The notes beneath the pieces are model-generated. The model was given only the letters and a program-made list of their open reading frames with translations, did not search any database and had not been told where the DNA came from. Below, piece by piece: positions 59,601 through 64,000 of a DNA stretch of 64,000 nucleotides. The translations under genes were made by a program, and so were the position numbers. The stretch comes from Klebsormidium nitens (taxonomy: Eukaryota; Plantae; Klebsormidiophyceae): assembly GCA_000708835.1 (NCBI GenBank), contig DF237015.1, forward strand, positions 62,001 through 126,000, read 5' to 3'. The stretch's first letter is position 1, and the number at the start of each line of letters is the position of its first letter.

Positions 59601-62600
59601 TTCAACCAGCACCGATACGACCTGGTGAGCCATGGCTACTTTGCTTCCAACATCGCCTTCTTGCAGGCTCTGGCTCGAAACTGTGCTCTTAAACAGAGCC
59701 TTAGACCTACGTCCTTCGCCATACAGTCTGCTTCGCGTAACCTTCTGAAGCAGGTCTGCTCTGTGTGACCCTGCATTGACTTGACACTCAAGAGGAGTGT
59801 TTTCGCAGCGCCTAGGTCATTTATTGCTATTCTCGTCTATGGCAGGCCAAGCATCCCCTCAGCGTCGCGAGCCTCGCTTCCTGGGAACGATTTGACACAG
59901 CGGCTGCTCCGGTTCGCCCTTCCGACCAGTCGCTGTCGTATCCCTCCACGATCTTGGAGCAGCACTCCCCCTCTGACGTCATCCAAGACGCCTGCTCGAA
60001 AACAGCCAGCCACGCGGACTGCATCCGCCGAGAAGGGGACGCCGAGGCCGCCGCGGATGCGCTAGTGCCTGGCTTTAGGGGACTGTGTCGCATTGCCGGC
60101 GCGCTGCCAGGAGCGGCCCTGCAGATTCTTGTCAAGCAGCTCGATAAGGTGAGCAGTGACACAAACACCTCCGCAATCGAGTTTTCAAATCGGCGCTAGG
60201 TTCCGGCGATATCCGCTTCGATTAGAGCTGTGACTTGATTGATATCGCTTCTGCTGGCTGGTGCGTCTTGAGGTGGTTGGTCCGGGCTACCAGAAGCAGG
60301 ATCACAGCTCGTCCCCATCTTGAATTGAGATCTTTTGCTTGATTCCAGAGTGGGCAGACTAGCTATGAGGTGCTTTTCAGGTGACGAATGTGCTCATTTT
60401 GCGGTCCCTGATTGAAGCCCCTATTTCTTCGCCGCAGATTCAAGCGCTGGACCCGTCCTTCTTCGTCCACAACCACGTCTACCAGAAAATCCTCGAGGAA
60501 GACCGGCAGCTCGCCTCAAGCAGCCATTGTGGGCTCATCTTTGAAGAAGTAGGCCACCCGCACTTCGTCCGCTTCGCGTCGAGCTCATATTCGACTTTAT
60601 CAAACGCCGTTACTCCGGAAGGGTTTTCGCTCCTCGTCTCTCAGCGTTATGGAAGCCATGCTGCTAGACGCTGATCTTACTAGAAACTTGCCGGATTGAC
60701 CGTCTCTGTACAAACGTGCGGTCAGTGGCTTTGGAATACCAGAGTCTCTCACGCATAAGTAATCAGTGAATGTCTTCTGTGAATATTTCAGATACTGGCT
60801 GGCCTCCAGAGCGAGGAGACAGCAACCTTTGCTCCCGCGGTCTCGTCCCTGCTCAACCTCATGCTGACAAGCATCTACGCTGAGAGCAGTCACCCGATCC
60901 GGAGAGCCCGCCTGCTTATGGAGCACGCTCGGTTGACAGCTGCGGACGACGAAGCGACCTGCACCAGGAACCTCAAAGATGCCATCAAGCTCCAGGCAAG
61001 CCGAATATGGACGTTTGCGGAAATCACCTATTCGCTGGCAAGTTTATTTTGGTTCTGACGGGCGGACTTCATGAGGATTGCTTGCGCAAACGCTTTCATT
61101 CGTTGCAACTCTACCCTTCCAAGAAGTGCTGGCTAATCTCGACTGCCGATTTGGATCCGCGGGTCTTCGATCTCGGGTCACTTCTTGACACAGCACGCAG
61201 AAGTTAGAAACGAGCGAAGACGTCAATTTCTGAAAGGCCTGGCGATCGACAGCAGGTGAATTGAGAAGGTTGTCCTTTTCTGCTGCAGCAAGCCGTGCTC
61301 AGTGACTCCCGGAAGGCGGGCAAGGACGGTGGCTTGCTTGCCTCCCTGCGCGACGAGTGTGCTCTGGCGCGGTGCCGACTGCTGCTGCTCAAACACACGG
61401 ACGCCCCCCAGGTCAGACACAAAAGTGATCCCCTCACGAAACTGCTTCTTATCGATCGTTCCATTCAGCCAGCATCCGCGCCCAGTATTGAAGTAGTGCA
61501 CAGGTTGGTCTACTTTCGCGCAGGCTTTCAAAGCAGGTTCTTGCTATTGAGGAGTCACTCGGCGCACTCTCTTTTAAGCTGCTGTTTAGCGACGTTATGC
61601 CCGGGTCCTGCATCTCGCCAAGAGCACTGCTTTTGTTACACGTGCAAAAGCTGCAAAACCAGAGAGTCCTTCTTCTTCAATTCAGGATCTTCAGCCGGCG
61701 GTCCGGGACGCCTTCCAACTGTGGACGTCACTCCTGGAAAGGAAGGATGTTACCGAGGGATGCTTTCTCAGCCCAACGGCCTCTCAATCCTGTCTTCTTC
61801 AAGTGGCGGACCTCCTTGCAGTGAAAGTGAGCCGATGCTGTATCCCTTTCTGCTTTCCCTGTCAGCCTGGCGTCAACATTTTCCTGCGAAACACCGACAG
61901 CTGTTTCTGTATACTTTGTTCATCTGACTGTGTATACAGCCAGCAGACCGGCAACAACTGGCAGAGAAGCCTATCTCCAGCGTGTTAAAATAATCAAACA
62001 AACTCTCGTTTCTTCTCAAGCGTTGTGCGTTGCCGAGGTCGACGGTTTCATGAACTTCCCGCGCCGCTAAAAGGGTGCAAAGCAGTGGAACATCTCTCTC
62101 GTTCGAAAGACCCGCGGCGACCTACTTGTCTGCTCTTGCAGGGCCTTTCATCGTTGCAACAACAGGCCATTCAGCTCGTTACCCGCATCGCCCATGCAGT
62201 CAGCCCCAGCACGCCTCTCCCGCACCACTGCGCCTCGCTGCTCGCGCACTCCCGGCTCTCGCACCTCCTCTGCTGCAACCCCCTCCCCTCGCCAGCAAGC
62301 CTCTCTGACGAGGGGGACCGGGGAAAAACGCACTCATTCTGGGAAAAGTCCGCTGCTCTCTGCCCCGGGTCCCTTCTAGAAGCCACGGTGAAGTCACGCG
62401 CAGGCTGCGCCTGTACGGAGTCCCCGAGCACCAGCGAGAGAGATGACGTCAGCGCTTCCGCAGAGCAGGAGCTCCGTGCGGCGATAGCCCAGAGCGCTTC
62501 CGCCGGAAGGAGGTCCGCGACGGAGCTGGTGAAGCAGAGCGGACTGCTGCAAGCGCTGGCGGAGCGGCTCTTGCGCGAGGGGCGACGAGACGAAGCGCTG

Positions 62601-64000
62601 TGCGAGGCGACGGAGGCCTTACGGATCCGCTTCGGGCTGTTCGGACACACGTTCGGGGCGGGGAGAGAAACAGAGGGGGACAGTCACGCAGAGGGCGAGG
62701 AGAAGCAAGATAGCGGACGGAGCGTGACTTTGACGCCGACTGTCGCGGCGGCTCGGGTGGGCTGGCCCTCGCTGTTCTCTCGCAAGGAAACGAGCGGAAA
62801 GATCAGCGGACTTCACAACTCGTGGAGGGTCGTCGGGGATTACCTGGAGAGTCTTTTCTTCGTCGGGACGCTCTCCGAGAGCGCGGGAATGGTCGACGAT
62901 GCGGAGCAGAATTTTCGGGAGGGGCGGCGGATCGCGGAGGCGGCAGGCGCCGCGCACGTTTGCGCGGCCTTTCTGTCGAGCATGGGGGAGGTGAAGCGGA
63001 AGAAGGGGAAGTGGGACGCGGCAAGCGAGGCGTTCGAGCGGGCCGGGGAGTTCCTCCGGGAGGCCCCGATTGACTGCGAGGGCTGCCGGGTGCTGGCGCT
63101 GGCTCGGCTGGAGAGACGAAAGGGGGATCTGGTGAGAAGGCGCCCGGGGAGCGCGTCAGAAGCGGGGAAAGAGCAGTCGGGGGCTCGGGAGCACTACGAG
63201 AGGGCTGCGAAGATGCTGCATGGCGTCGTTGGGAGCGAACCGGGGAGCGGTCGCAGGGAAAAGCAGCATCTGGTTGAGCGGGCGGGGCTAAGTAAGGGTT
63301 TAGGAGCGACGGCTGAGCTGGAGGAAGGTTCGATGGAAGGGGTGAAACGGAACCTGATGTGGGCGATGTCCGAAGCGGAGCCCAGCAAAGAGCTCGTCGT
63401 TCCGGTCAAACGGAAACCCGGCAGGAAGGCGCCGGCGAACCCGGAACGGACACCGCTCGCGGAGGCCCCCACGAACCACAAGACAGGACGGCCGGGCCGC
63501 AAAAAGGCGGCAGTAGAGGTAGTGACGATTCTTTCGTCCGACGAGGAAGCGAGCTGCGTCACGCGACTCGAGACCGCGAACCCGGCAGGGAAACGGAAAG
63601 GCCCTGTTCGAGGTCGCGCGAGCAAGATTGCGCAGGAGAGCAGCGCGTCGGAGCTCGAGAGCGAGGCCTCGTCGACCAGCGTGGCGAACAGCAGGGCCCC
63701 AGTCACTCGGAAACAGCCCCGGGGAAGGAAGCCGCGAAACGCGGCAACCGGTTCTGACGCTGCGTCGGAGTCGAGCCCACCCGCCAAAAGGGTTCCTGCT
63801 CTTCCGGACCTCGACAAGAGGCAGGAAAAGCTGCGGAGAGTCGTGCTGCTGGAGAAGGATTCCGTGCTGCCCGCTCTCCGGGGGTCCAGGCTGGGGAAGA
63901 TTCCGGTGGGCGCAGCGGAACTGGACGAGCTGCAGGCGGGAGTAGGGCGCATTGCGCTGAATGATGCCGGCGGCGAACGGATGGAGCGGGGCTCAGATGC
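56629..64000 (+). CDS. ESP1: Separase N-terminal and middle region; 3'-partial, protease domain lies beyond the window
   Basis: In-frame exons 56629-57371, 57545-57719, 57865-57963, 58166-58282, 58502-58920, 59195-59306, 59487-59624, 59846-60148, 60438-60548, 60792-60995 (GC donor), 61289-61411, 61686-61826, and 62142 to the window end (open frame, absent from the track). Plant-separase-like motifs as I recall them: RPLEVEIQRYNLIRRLVSW, YAESSHPIRRARLL, VADLLAVKG, SRLSHLLCCNP, SWRVVGDYLESLFFVG, IDCEGCR..LERRKGDL. Confidence 0.88.

Noticed and set aside
62148-63952. Minus-strand ORFs up to 252 aa
   Set aside because: Shadows of the GC-rich, stop-free separase exon 62142-64000.

Overview
Eukaryotic, intron-rich nuclear DNA with GT(GAGC)-AG introns. 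I found no tRNA, rRNA, CRISPR array or autonomous transposon. Most long ORFs in the supplied track are antisense shadows or intron run-ons, so I rebuilt the genes by hand from splice sites and reading frame. The gene content combines a flagellar gene (IFT43) with streptophyte-type XS-domain and bHLH-IV genes. That points to a flagellated streptophyte alga such as Klebsormidium (inference). Twelve genes in order: synaptotagmin (+, 5'-partial), CBSX3-like (-), YbaK/ProRS-editing protein (-), thymidine kinase (+), XS-domain/coiled-coil/RING protein (-), intronless coiled-coil/BTB/MATH-like protein (+), bHLH IVb/IVc factor (-), plastid SAM methyltransferase (+), IFT43 (-), sodium:solute symporter (+), zf-MYND protein (-), separase (+, 3'-partial). 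The best novelty candidate is the apparent fusion of an SGS3/IDN2-type XS RNA-binding domain to a C-terminal RING finger, lying head-to-head with a BTB-MATH gene. Other leads: (1) a bHLH mixing IVb and IVc features that ends in a BRUTUS-type PAA motif; (2) a Cys-rich triple-repeat loop in the symporter; (3) a duplicated splice acceptor carrying compensated hairpins; (4) introns built from echoes of their own exon junction; (5) CATG-dense blocks in all five tail-to-tail gene spacers. All coordinates and alignments were worked out by eye, with no database searches.
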